Shown one piece after another: positions 20,198 through 29,967 of a DNA stretch of 64,000 nt; the first letter of the stretch is position 1, and each line of letters starts with the position of its first letter. Source of the DNA: an uncultured Methanoregulaceae archaeon (GTDB lineage: Archaea; Halobacteriota; Methanomicrobia; Methanomicrobiales; Methanospirillaceae); assembly GCA_963717525.1 (NCBI GenBank), contig OY970343.1, positions 128,001 through 192,000 on the forward strand. The letters run 5' to 3'. The notes under the pieces were generated by a model. That model saw only the letters and a list, made by a program, of their open reading frames with translations, ran no database searches and had not been told where the DNA came from. Made by a program: the position numbers and the translations under genes.

Positions 20198-22744
20198 ATG
20201 ATTGACATGAAATTGGTAGATTGAGGAGTTATACTTCTTGTATTGATTCTTGTGACCATTTTTGTAGTGCCCGGGGTGGGGGCAACCCAGAACAACCCAA
20301 CTCCTGACAACGGGATATGTGATAACAATCACGGTCAAGGATGTGCCGTCAAGCAGCCTTATCCGCCATGTGACAACGATCAAAACAATCACTATTGTGA
20401 TTGGCATGCGGATGATAGCTGGTGTAAAAATCACGGACAAGGTAAAAATTTTGTCAGTGTCAAAAACGCAACCGTTGCTGCATCATATCTCGTGGGCGAA
20501 ATATCCAATGAACAATCGACTGATTACACAGATTGGAATGGGGCAACAGTAGTAGAAAATACGACATATTACGATGTGAATGGCGTTGAATCCGCGTACT
20601 CGTTCGATGTCATTGTCAACGGCCAATATGATGGATATATCATGGTCTCTGCAACTCGGGATAATTTTCCCATCCTCGAATTCTCAAAAGGAATTACCCC
20701 GGACAAAGATCCAGGGACTCTCATTAATGCAGAGAAACTGGCTCAAACTCAAATAAAAGATCCCAGAGAAGTTTTGGGCGAAGGGCAGCCAATTTATCTC
20801 GGCGCAACATTCTTCGATATGGCATATCCGGTAGAACTCAATAATACAAGATCCGGCCCGCAACCAATCCCTGATGACCAAATACTGGTTGATCTCATTA
20901 GGGGGGCCATTGCAGAACAAACACCAGAACAACTAAACGCAACCGAAAGACAAGAACTGGCGCAAATACAGCAGCAGAATATTGCCGAAGCAAACTCCGA
21001 ATGGAATGCTCTTGATACTGCAGGAAATTCCAATTCCGGTTCAACCACATCTATGAATGCAAATTCCGTAAAAGCAAATGTTGCAGTAATCGGGGGTGGT
21101 GGTCAGCCCACTAATTCCAATCCTATAGTCGGTGTTCCGGCGTATTTATGGAGATATGGTTGTGCCCCAACTTCCACAGCTATGGTCTTGGGATATTGGG
21201 AGAACCAAGGATTGACAGAATTACCCGCTGTTACCGATACTACTTACGGAAATCCATTAAATGTTGACTTAGCAGAGGTTATGGGTACAGACATTGTGGA
21301 GTCGGGATATTGGTGGGATTGTATACTCAATCCCTTGGATAAAAATTGTGGTGGCACATCGCCTGAGGGGATATCTACAGGAATAACAGATATTTTAAGT
21401 AATAACCTTATCAGTGGATGGTCACAATCATCAAACTTTGAACATGTTGAAGGTTACAGTGGCGATATAAATGAGATAAATAATGGATATCCGTTCCTCC
21501 TTAGTCTGGATGGAGGGGGTGCTCCTGTGGGGAGCACTACAAGCTATGGACAACATGTTATTGCCGTCATCGGTTACGATTCTTCTGAGAACACTTTAAT
21601 AGTTGATGATACATTTCATACTGTTCCGGTCGAGATAAGGTATGGTAATTGGCAGAATGCAATGTATTATAAAATCGAACATGGGGGTGATTATACGATC
21701 ATCGCAAGTGCAGGACCTGGAGGTAATATTTATCCTTCTGGTTCTCAATTAGTTGTGCCAGATTTTAGTCAATCTTTCAGTATCGTTCCGAACACGGGTT
21801 ACGTTATTCAAAATGTTGAAACGGATAATGATGTAGACCATGGGCCTATAGTTATTTACACCTTTAGCAATGTAGTGGCAGATCATTCCATCAGCGCTAC
21901 ATTCACACCTATTACCTATACCATCAGCGCCAGCGCAGGAACGGGGGGTAGTATCACTCCCTCCGGATCTGTTAGTGTTCCGTTTGACGGAAGTCAAACG
22001 TTCACCATTACGCCAGCCTCCGGTTACGTTATCAGCGATGTCCAAGTTGATGCGGGAACCCCTGAGTTTGTAGATGCTGGGGCTGCAAGCAGTTACACCT
22101 TTAGCAATGTAATTGCAAGCCATACCATCAGTGCCACATTCCAGCAGATCCCCACCACCTACTCCTCGTCATGGGACTGGTCATCACAAGGTTGGGGTAA
22201 CTGGCTGTTCAATTGGTCGGTATCAGGAGATCAAACAGGCCCCAATTCTGCGTTAGGTCCCGAAATCGGTAACGGTGAAGGCGTATTTGGCACAAATACC
22301 AATCTCCTTGCCGGTTCGACTCAGTCAACTGTCACGAATACCTTCATCGATCCGACCGGAGTCGGATGGAATACCCTCACATTCAGTGGTGCGCTTGGTC
22401 CGAGTGACGTCCCCGGCGGACGTTGGATGACGATTACCGTCAATGGTCAGCAGGTATTTGGCGCAACAGAATTAGATACGCCACCGGGAGATTCCGGTCA
22501 ACCGTTCACGATTACTGCCTCATTCCCGCAAACATCTTCCGCTTTAATTACCATCTCTCAGGGGCAGGATCCCGCGTGGGGTCCAGATTTCCCGATGTAT
22601 TGCGATAATTTGGCACTGAGTAATGAAAACACTCAAGAAGCAAACACAATGACCGCTCAGGTGTCAAGTCCGAAAACAACCTTCACTATCCCTGATGGGA
22701 GCGAATGGGCCGGAAACACGACGAATTCCTCTATCAAAACCTGA
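20198..22744 (+). CDS. Secreted papain-fold (C39/C10-like) peptidase with InlB-B-like repeats and shared C-terminal domain; in-frame TGA at 20222 in the signal peptide
   Basis: Prodomain-like GYIMVSATRDNFPILEFS; catalytic-like YGCAPTSTAMVLGYW and GQHVIAVIGYD; ATGs at 20198/20207 in frame with ORF 20243 across a TGA. Confidence 0.7.
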
Positions 22745-22834
22745 AAAGAATGTAAATAGACCGAAGTGAATAACGTCACTTGAATAAAGGATCCAATTAA
22801 TCCTTTTTCAATCAGTCTGACCGGTAGATGAGAT

Positions 22835-24143
22835 ATGAAAACGCGAAGGTATTTTGGATTTCGTGGTGTCAGCACAGGATATACCCGGCGAGCTGTAAAA
22901 TTATTCCTTGGCTTCTTCCTGCTGATCCTGCTTCTAATCCCGACTGCATCAGCGCAGGATATGATGTTCCGATACGACGCCAGTCGGTACTGGAGATTAC
23001 AGTCCAGTCGCCGGCACGACAGGCACCACGATATCGCAGATCTGGAGTTATGCGACCGGAAACGCTGTGTTTTCTGGCCCGACGATAGCGAATGGTGTCG
23101 TATATATCGGAAGTTTTGATGACAAGGTATACGCGCTGAATGCTTCTACCGGGCTGCAGCTCTGGAATTTTACGAATGGAGGTGATTCGCATTCCAGCCC
23201 TGCGGTAGCGAACGGCGTGGTGTATGTCGGGAGTGGGAATTACAACGTATACGCACTGAACGCTTCTACCGGCATGAAACTTTGGAATTATACGACCGGA
23301 AGCACTGTGGCATCCAGCCCTGCGGTAGCGAACGGCGTGGTATATGTCGGGAGCGAGGATCACAACGTATACGCACTGAACGCTTCTACCGGCATGAAAC
23401 TTTGGAATTATACGACCGGAAGCACTGTGGCATCCAGCCCTGCGGTAGCGAACGGCGTGGTGTATGTCGGGAGCGAGGATCACAACGTATACGCACTGAA
23501 CGCTTCTACCGGCATGAAACTTTGGAATTATACGACCGGAAGCACTGTGGCATCCAGCCCTGCGGTAGCGAACGGTGTTGTATATATCGGGGACGGGAAT
23601 GGAAAAGTATATGCGCTGAACGCCTCCACCGGGACGCAGATCTGGAATTATACGACTGAAAACTCTGAGTATTATGAGTATATCACCAGCCCTGCGGTAG
23701 CGAACGGCGTGGTGTATGTCGGAAGTGATGATGGCAAGGTATATGCGCTGAACGCCTCCACCGGGACGCAGATCTGGAATTATACGACTGAAAACTCTGA
23801 GTATTATGAGTATATCACCAGCCCTGCGGTAGCGAACGGCGTGGTGTATGTCGGAAGTGATGATGGCAAGGTATATGCGCTGAATGCTTCTACCGGGCTG
23901 CAGCTCTGGAACTATGCAACCGGAACATTTGTAAGTTCCGACCCGGCGGTAGTGAACGGCGTTGTATATATCGGGGACGGGAATGGAAAAGTATACGCGC
24001 TCAACACCAGGGTCCCAAATGCAATCTCCCCCATAATATATATTGTTTTTTTTGCATTTATCGTGCTTCTTTGTGTGTATTTTGCTTATCAGATTGTAAA
24101 AAAAAGGAGGAGAAGGGTGCTGATAAGTTCGCGGGACGATTGA
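22835..24143 (+). CDS. Membrane-anchored PQQ-like (BamB-type) beta-propeller repeat protein (frameshifted near the 5' end)
   Basis: Signal peptide then MMFRYD; repeated SSPAVANGVVYVGS.D..VYALNASTG..LW; C-terminal TM plus KKRRRR. Confidence 0.85.
23193..23873 (+). repeat. Near-perfect 120-bp and 132-bp coding tandem repeats
   Basis: 120-bp units near 23193, 23313, 23433, 23553; 132-bp duplicate ~23610-23873. Confidence 0.85.
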
Positions 24144-24359
24144 ACCGGATGCAAATCCATCAGATATTCCTCAAGAAATCTGGTTCTGATAAGTTAGCGT
24201 TGTTGACCGATTTTTCATATCGTTAAAATTATCCTGTCGACCACCGAAGTAACAAGACCTATAACCTCCTTTAACTGTTATCGCCCGGACCCGGTTTACG
24301 GGCCAGATTTTTCTGGCGGTTTTCCCGATATAAAATTCTCTAAAGTTTTGGATATTACA

Positions 24360-24387
24360 CATTCCTTTAATAGGAATTCAAGGAAAA
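24360..24387. repeat. dif-like 11-6-11 site G1
   Basis: CATTCCTTTAA-TAGGAA-TTCAAGGAAAA; reverse complement closely matches B2. Confidence 0.75.
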
Positions 24388-24458
24388 ACACAGTCCAAGA
24401 GATCCATATACCCTAAAATAAGATCATTTTTGAGTGGGGAATAGAGAATATCGAATTT

Positions 24459-24923
24459 CTAGACCTTCGAATTTTCCGGTGAGTTAATACGATTTGTTGG
24501 AGGAGACGGTTTTCGGGTTTTACATTCTCCATGACCCCATGTGCTAAATGCCTCTTTCAATTTGGGGTAAATTTTTGTTTTCCAGTTTGAATGCTTGGAT
24601 GATAACGTCAAAGGTTTTCCACAAATGGAGCAGGGGACAATAAATTTTTCTTCATTCTCTAATTCCTTGTTCTTTGTTTCTAATTCGAGTGCATATTCTC
24701 GAAAATTATCACATTTATTTGCCAATTTCGATGTTTCCTCATTGAGGTCCATCTTTTCATGAATAAAATCAGTCATCCACTGTGAAAGCGGTTTACCTGA
24801 TGCCGCAATAATCGAATCAAGCCGTTGTTTATCTTCTTTCTTCACCCTGAATGTTGTCGAAGGATTATTCTCCCGATACTTGATTTGAGAAGGGTACTCC
24901 TCTTTCTTTGTCTCTTTTTTCAT
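24459..24923 (-). CDS. Putative ribbon-helix-helix DNA-binding protein with coiled coil and Zn finger
   Basis: TTFRVKKEDKQRLDSII..KPLSQWMTDFI (RHH-like); CSIC...HGEC. Confidence 0.55.
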   Translation of the reverse strand: MKKETKKEEYPSQIKYRENNPSTTFRVKKEDKQRLDSIIAASGKPLSQWMTDFIHEKMDLNEETSKLANKCDNFREYALELETKNKELENEEKFIVPCSICGKPLTLSSKHSNWKTKIYPKLKEAFSTWGHGECKTRKPSPPTNRINSPENSKV

Positions 24924-24982
24924 ACTGGGCCTTCCGAATGCTCAAGGTGACTTTACATATCATACTATAAAATGCCACTAGA

Positions 24983-25050
24983 AATCTATACTGCAATCTA
25001 TCGGAGAATCTAGATGGAAATCTGTATGAGAATCTATGCGTAGCAATCTA
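24983..25050. repeat. AATCTR hexamer array with 12-bp period
   Basis: Copies at 24983, 24995, 25007, 25019, 25031 and 25045. Confidence 0.75.
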
Positions 25051-25294
25051 TACTTTGAGCATAAAATTTTGCATGCTCGATTTGGAGTATTATAGAGACA
25101 GAAAACCACCTCGTTCATAACACGTAGTTGTCCATGGTTCTCCCACTCTTTCGGAGTGTAAGGAAAGATTCAGATTATAACATCCAAAAGGTACTAAACC
25201 ATAATATCCCTCACTGGAGAGTGCCTGGTGACCTGCATTGAGCGCTTGAAAGGGTAAATGATTATTTTCTGAAGACCAGCAGGATAGTAAAAAA

Positions 25295-26663
25295 TTATGT
25301 TTTCTTTGATTTTTTCTTTGATGCCAACAGCGTTGCTGCTATTCTCCCGCCTTCTGCAATTGATTCGTCTTCTTGTTTTCTCATATCCTCAGACATCAGG
25401 TCTCTCTTCTGGTAATCGAGAGTGTCCACGATATCTGCAAGCAGGTGAAGTTCTTCTTTCAGGGTGTCAATCTGTTCAGTTTGTGCTTTCAATTCAGCGA
25501 TCTGCGCGGTTTGTTCTTTCAATGCGGCAATTTCATCCGCTTGCTTCTTTACGACTTCCCTCAGCTGATCCTTTTCTATCAGGAGAGAAAGCATCTGGGA
25601 GTTAGCTTTGTTCTGATCGTCTTTGACGGCGAGGAGTTCTTTCTTCGTGCTTGTGGCACTTTCCCGGATCTCCCGGATGGCCTCAATGTAAAGTGTATGT
25701 TCGCCCTTGAGGTATTCTTCCTTGAGTTGAGCGACGGTGTACCGGCGGTAGTTCCCCGTTAAGTAGCCGGCGTGACCTGCAAGACACTCCGCAATTTCCT
25801 TCGATACGGCGAGAGAAAGCTGAGACAGAAAAAATTTTCGAAGCTGATGAACGTGATGGGTTGATCGCAAGGTATTGGGATCTACGGCGTTCTTTCCGAA
25901 TACTGCGATTACGGCCTCCCGGAAAAGTTCGTTCACGGTGTTCCCGCTAAATGGGAATAACCTGGGGTCGTTGATGTCCTTCGGCGTCGTTCGGTTTTTT
26001 AATCCGGTTCCCTTGTTCGCAACCGATGCGAGATATGCCGCGCGGATCTTCATCCATTCCCGTACTGCAGCGGTTGCTTCACTGGAAATAAACGTGATCC
26101 GGCCTTCCCCATTTTTTGTCTTTCCGTGTTCTGTCTTTGCTCGGATCTTGAGCACCGCAGGTATTGAGGTGAGATCCACATCATCGCACCGGATTTGAAG
26201 TAGTTCCCCGACGCGCATTCCCCCGGACGCTAAACAAAGGATCAGAGCTTTCCCCTTAATGTCCGTGTGCTGAATGAGGTTACGGATCGTTTCCGTGTCC
26301 ATGTCATCTTCCATAGTCATGACCCCACCCTTCGGGAGCTGGTTCTTGAGCTGCTTGATTTGCTTATCCGTGAAGGTTACATCACACAACCGGAGAAATG
26401 AATGAATCGTGTTGAACGTTTGAAGGGCAGACAATCCCGGTTTGTCTTTCTGCGTAACCTGGATAAACTTCTTGAAATCGGTGTGGTAATCCCTGCCTTC
26501 ATTGAAGTACTTCTCTACATATTCCCCGCAGTGCTCCCTTGTTGCCTCGGGGTAGATGAATCCCATGTACTGCGAGATTGCCGTGCGGTACCCCTTTATC
26601 GGTACTCTTTGACTTGTTTCCAAGGTCGTCAAAGAATTGGTCCAACCTTGTCATTGTGGCCAT
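25295..26663 (-). CDS. Tyrosine recombinase/integrase with C-terminal coiled coil
   Basis: GGMRVGELL, KTK, HQLRKFF, LAGH, NYRRY catalytic set; probable start ATG at 26663 (MATMTRLDQFFDDLGNKSKST..) with a 1-nt indel near 26595. Confidence 0.9.
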
Positions 26664-26688
26664 ACTTTAGCATGATACGTCTGAATAT

Positions 26689-26721
26689 AAAAAGTACTCC
26701 CTAGATTTAGGGAGACTTTTT
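26689..26721. promoter_or_regulatory. Palindrome adjoining the integrase TATA-like box
   Basis: AAAAAGTACTCCCTA-GATT-TAGGGAGACTTTTT beside minus-strand TTTATA. Confidence 0.5.
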
Positions 26722-26965
26722 TGAAAATCTTCAGCTGCTGAATCATACATTTTCCGGAATTTTCAGATCATGACCCGTTCTTTTTAGGAATCTTAAGCTG
26801 CCGGACTCTTGACCCATCATTGTCCAGTGCAGGAAGGAGATCGATTATCTCCGCGACATGAAGCCCGGTTATCGCAGTTCCGGAAGATGATCCTGAAGTG
26901 TGGTGGGGAAAAATCAGGCCGTCTTTATCGGCTGCAGCGGGTCTCTTCCCGGAACAGGGGAGGGA

Positions 26966-28236
26966 TCAGAGCGGCTTGTCCGCTATAGTGATCCCCGCCG
27001 CCACCATCCGCTCGCGGATCAGGTCCGCAACCGCGAACTGCTTTTGTGCCCGCAGTTCCGCCCGGATTTCATGGAGGACGCTCAGTGGGGCACTTGTCTC
27101 CTTTAGGAAATTGATCCCGAGGATCTCCCCGTATCCCCTGAGTGCCTCAAGGTCCCCGCTTCCCGCGAGTTTCTGGATCGCCGCAAGGGCCATGGGCGTA
27201 TTGAGATCGGATTCCATAGCCTTGACGAAGGCTTTACGTCCCTCCGCATCGGCCCCTTTGTCTTGGGTCGCAATCGCCCGGATATGGTCGAGCCCCTTTG
27301 CTGCATTCGCTAATCCATCATCGGTGGCCTGGAGCGGGGACCGGTAATGGGAGAGGAGGATGAAATACCGCAGAACATCCTTGTTCCAGGCCTTGAGCGC
27401 ATCCCGGATTGTAATGAAGTTCCCGAGCGATTTTGACATCTTTTCGCCTTTTACCGTGAGAAATCCCGTGTGCACCCAGTACCCGGACCATCGGGTGCTT
27501 CCCTTCCAGTGACTCCATCTGGGCGATCTCTGCCTCATGGTGGGGGAAGATCAGGTCAAGACCGCCGCCATGGATGTCGTACTGCTGCCCGAAGTACTTC
27601 TCGGATATTGCCGTGTCTTCGATATGCCACCCGGGCCTGCCCCTGCCCCAGGGAGAGTCCCAGGTGTACTCACCGGTACTCCCCGAGTTTCCAGAGCGCG
27701 AAATCCAGCGGGTTGTGTTTTGTTGCATCGGTAACGCGGCTGACCCGTAGTGCACGTTCCTGCCCCGACAGTTCCCCGTTGTGTTCGAACGTATCGAGAT
27801 TGAAATAGACCCCGGACTCCGTGACGTAGGCCACCTCTTTTTCGATGAGGCGCCGGACCTGTCCGATGATCTCCGGGATGTGGGTCGTGGCCCGGGCATA
27901 GTAACTGACAGCGTCTATCCCAAGGGACTTCATGTCCCGGAGGTATTCGGCCTCGAACCTCCGTGCAAGGGTGGACTGGGATATGCCGTCTTCCTTTGCA
28001 CGGTTGATGATCTTGTCGTCCACGTCCGTGATGTTCTGGAGGTAGAATACCTCTTTTCCGGTCCACCGGAGGTACTTTGCAAGCACGTCGAAGACCACGT
28101 AGGTCCGGGCATGACCCAGGTGCGAATAATCATAGACAGTCGGACCACAGACAAAGAGTGCCACCCGGCCCGGGTGAAGGGTTTCGAGCGGCTCAACGGT
28201 CCGTGACAAGGTGCTGTACAGTTCCATAACGATCAT
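26966..28236 (-). CDS. cysS: Cysteinyl-tRNA synthetase (two 1-nt insertions near 27680 and 27482)
   Basis: [51 protein letters not shown] across three frames. Confidence 0.92.
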
Positions 28237-28251
28237 CCCCTGGTTATCTGA

Positions 28252-28324
28252 CGCCGGCGGGTGGAGTCGAACCCCCAGACATTCGCTTTGCAGGCGAAGG
28301 CATTAACCGTTCTGCCACACCGGC
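28252..28324 (-). tRNA. tRNA-Cys(GCA), atypical (G73, A37, T-stem mismatch)
   Basis: Cloverleaf with acceptor GCCGGTG/CGCCGGC, anticodon arm TTCGC-CTGCAAA-GCGAA and T loop TTCGACT. Confidence 0.88.
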
Positions 28325-29023
28325 CCAATGTTCGTTTCTGTGATGTGATACTATCCCCTGCACTCCCGGGTACTGTGGGATGAGAAGTAAAAATTATCGG
28401 ACCGGGGAACCGGATGATTTCCCGGGATCACAGCAGGTGCGTGCTGTGCTGCATGAGGCGATATTCTCCGTAAGGATCACGACAGCCCTGTGGTACAGCC
28501 GTGGATCCGGGAGGATATGAGGACGTGAAATCAGGATATAATTCTCACGGACACATACCAGGGACTGCAGATCGTCCGCGGGTTATGCGGTGTACGGTCA
28601 TTAATGCGCCGATCCTGGTTCGCGCCGGAGGCGTACAGGTACTGCCCGGAGCTCCGGATACCGCTGAGCCATTCCACCGGCCTTCCCGGCAGGATGCCGG
28701 CAGAGGACCCGGCAGCACCGGGTACATCCGGGCCGGCCCCGTGTCCAGCGATATTCGCGTGGTGTGTGTTCATGGCTGTTGTCCTGTTCACTACGGTGAA
28801 CAACAAAGTTAGGGCATGCAGGCTCTTATATCCTGATTTTGTGTCATGTTTTGCCGCAAGATATGTATCTTCCTGCAGGAATGGGATCACAGAGCATTGG
28901 ATCAGGAAGATGTTTTTTGCCGGAAACCAAGGTATAATAACAGGCTCCGGACAATTAACAATTGTGAACTTCCGGGTCCCAACGGTTCGTGAGGGGAAAT
29001 CCCGGATTCATGAAGGGAACAGC

Positions 29024-29956
29024 ATGGCAAAAATATATGATAATATCACGGCAACCATCGGCAACACCCCGCTTGTACGGCTGAACCGCCTTCCCGGTGG
29101 TGCAGGTGCAACAGTGCTTGCAAAGCTTGAGTCATTCAACCCGTTGAGCAGTGTCAAGGACCGGATCGGTGTTGCAATGCTCGACGAGGCTGAAAAGCGC
29201 GGGTTGATCAAAAAGGATACGATCATTCTCGAACCAACGAGCGGCAACACCGGTGTGGCGCTTGCGTTCGTGAGTGCGGCCCGGGGATACAAGCTGACGC
29301 TGGTTATGCCGGAGACCATGAGTGTCGAGCGGAGGAGACTCGCAAAAGCATTCGGGGCAGAGCTGGTGCTTACACCGGGTGCTGAAGGGATGAAAGGGGC
29401 TGTTGCCCGGGCCGAGAAGATGGCAGCCGAGAACCCGAAGTACTTTTACATTCCCCAGCAGTTCAACAACCTGGCGAACCCTGCCATCCACCGGAAGACC
29501 ACCGCCGAAGAGATATGGCGGGACACGGACGGGAAGGTCGATATTCTCGTTGCCGGTGTGGGGACGGGAGGAACGATCACCGGCATCGCAGATGTCATCA
29601 AGAAGAAAAAACCCTCGTTTCAGGCAATAGCCGTCGAACCCGATGCATCGCCGGTCCTCTCCGGCGGGTCTCCCGGCCCCCACCGGATCCAGGGAATCGG
29701 CGCGGGCTTTGTCCCGGCAGTGCTCCAGCGCGAGCTCGTGGACGAGATCATCCGTGTCAAAAACGAGGATGCATTCGAGACGACACGGAGACTTGCAAAA
29801 GGGGAGGGCATCCTCGCAGGGATCTCCAGTGGCGCTGCGACCTACGCGGCACTTGCGGTGGCAGCACGCCCGGAGAACAAGGGCAAGACCATTGTCGTTA
29901 TCCTGCCGGATACCGGTGAACGCTACCTGAGTATTCCTGACCTGTTTGTGGAATAA
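29024..29956 (+). CDS. cysK: Cysteine synthase A
   Basis: [14 protein letters not shown] lysine, [22 protein letters not shown]. Confidence 0.96.
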   Translation: MAKIYDNITATIGNTPLVRLNRLPGGAGATVLAKLESFNPLSSVKDRIGVAMLDEAEKRGLIKKDTIILEPTSGNTGVALAFVSAARGYKLTLVMPETMSVERRRLAKAFGAELVLTPGAEGMKGAVARAEKMAAENPKYFYIPQQFNNLANPAIHRKTTAEEIWRDTDGKVDILVAGVGTGGTITGIADVIKKKKPSFQAIAVEPDASPVLSGGSPGPHRIQGIGAGFVPAVLQRELVDEIIRVKNEDAFETTRRLAKGEGILAGISSGAATYAALAVAARPENKGKTIVVILPDTGERYLSIPDLFVE

Positions 29957-29967
29957 GTGAGAGAACC

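Noticed and set aside
13169..20224. In-frame TGA as selenocysteine
   Set aside because: The positions are not Cys-like catalytic sites and no SECIS-like element was recognised.
17850..22744. Similar C-terminal regions as a DGR template/variable repeat pair
   Set aside because: No reverse transcriptase in the window, both copies are coding, and differences are not adenine-specific.
1734..24387. 28-bp repeats as a CRISPR array or classical integron attC sites
   Set aside because: Spacing is kilobase-scale and irregular, there are no cas genes, and no RYYYAAC..GTTRRRY attC ends were seen.
26726..26803. Short direct repeat AATCTT(C/A)AGCTGC
   Set aside because: Only two short copies with no further support, so it may be chance.
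28252..28324. tRNA-Cys as the integrase attachment site
   Set aside because: cysS lies between the tRNA and the integrase, and no duplicate tRNA 3' end is visible in the window.
28604..29023. N-terminal extension of cysK in the ORF track
   Set aside because: CysK homology starts at MAKIYD (29024); the extension looks like open intergenic sequence.
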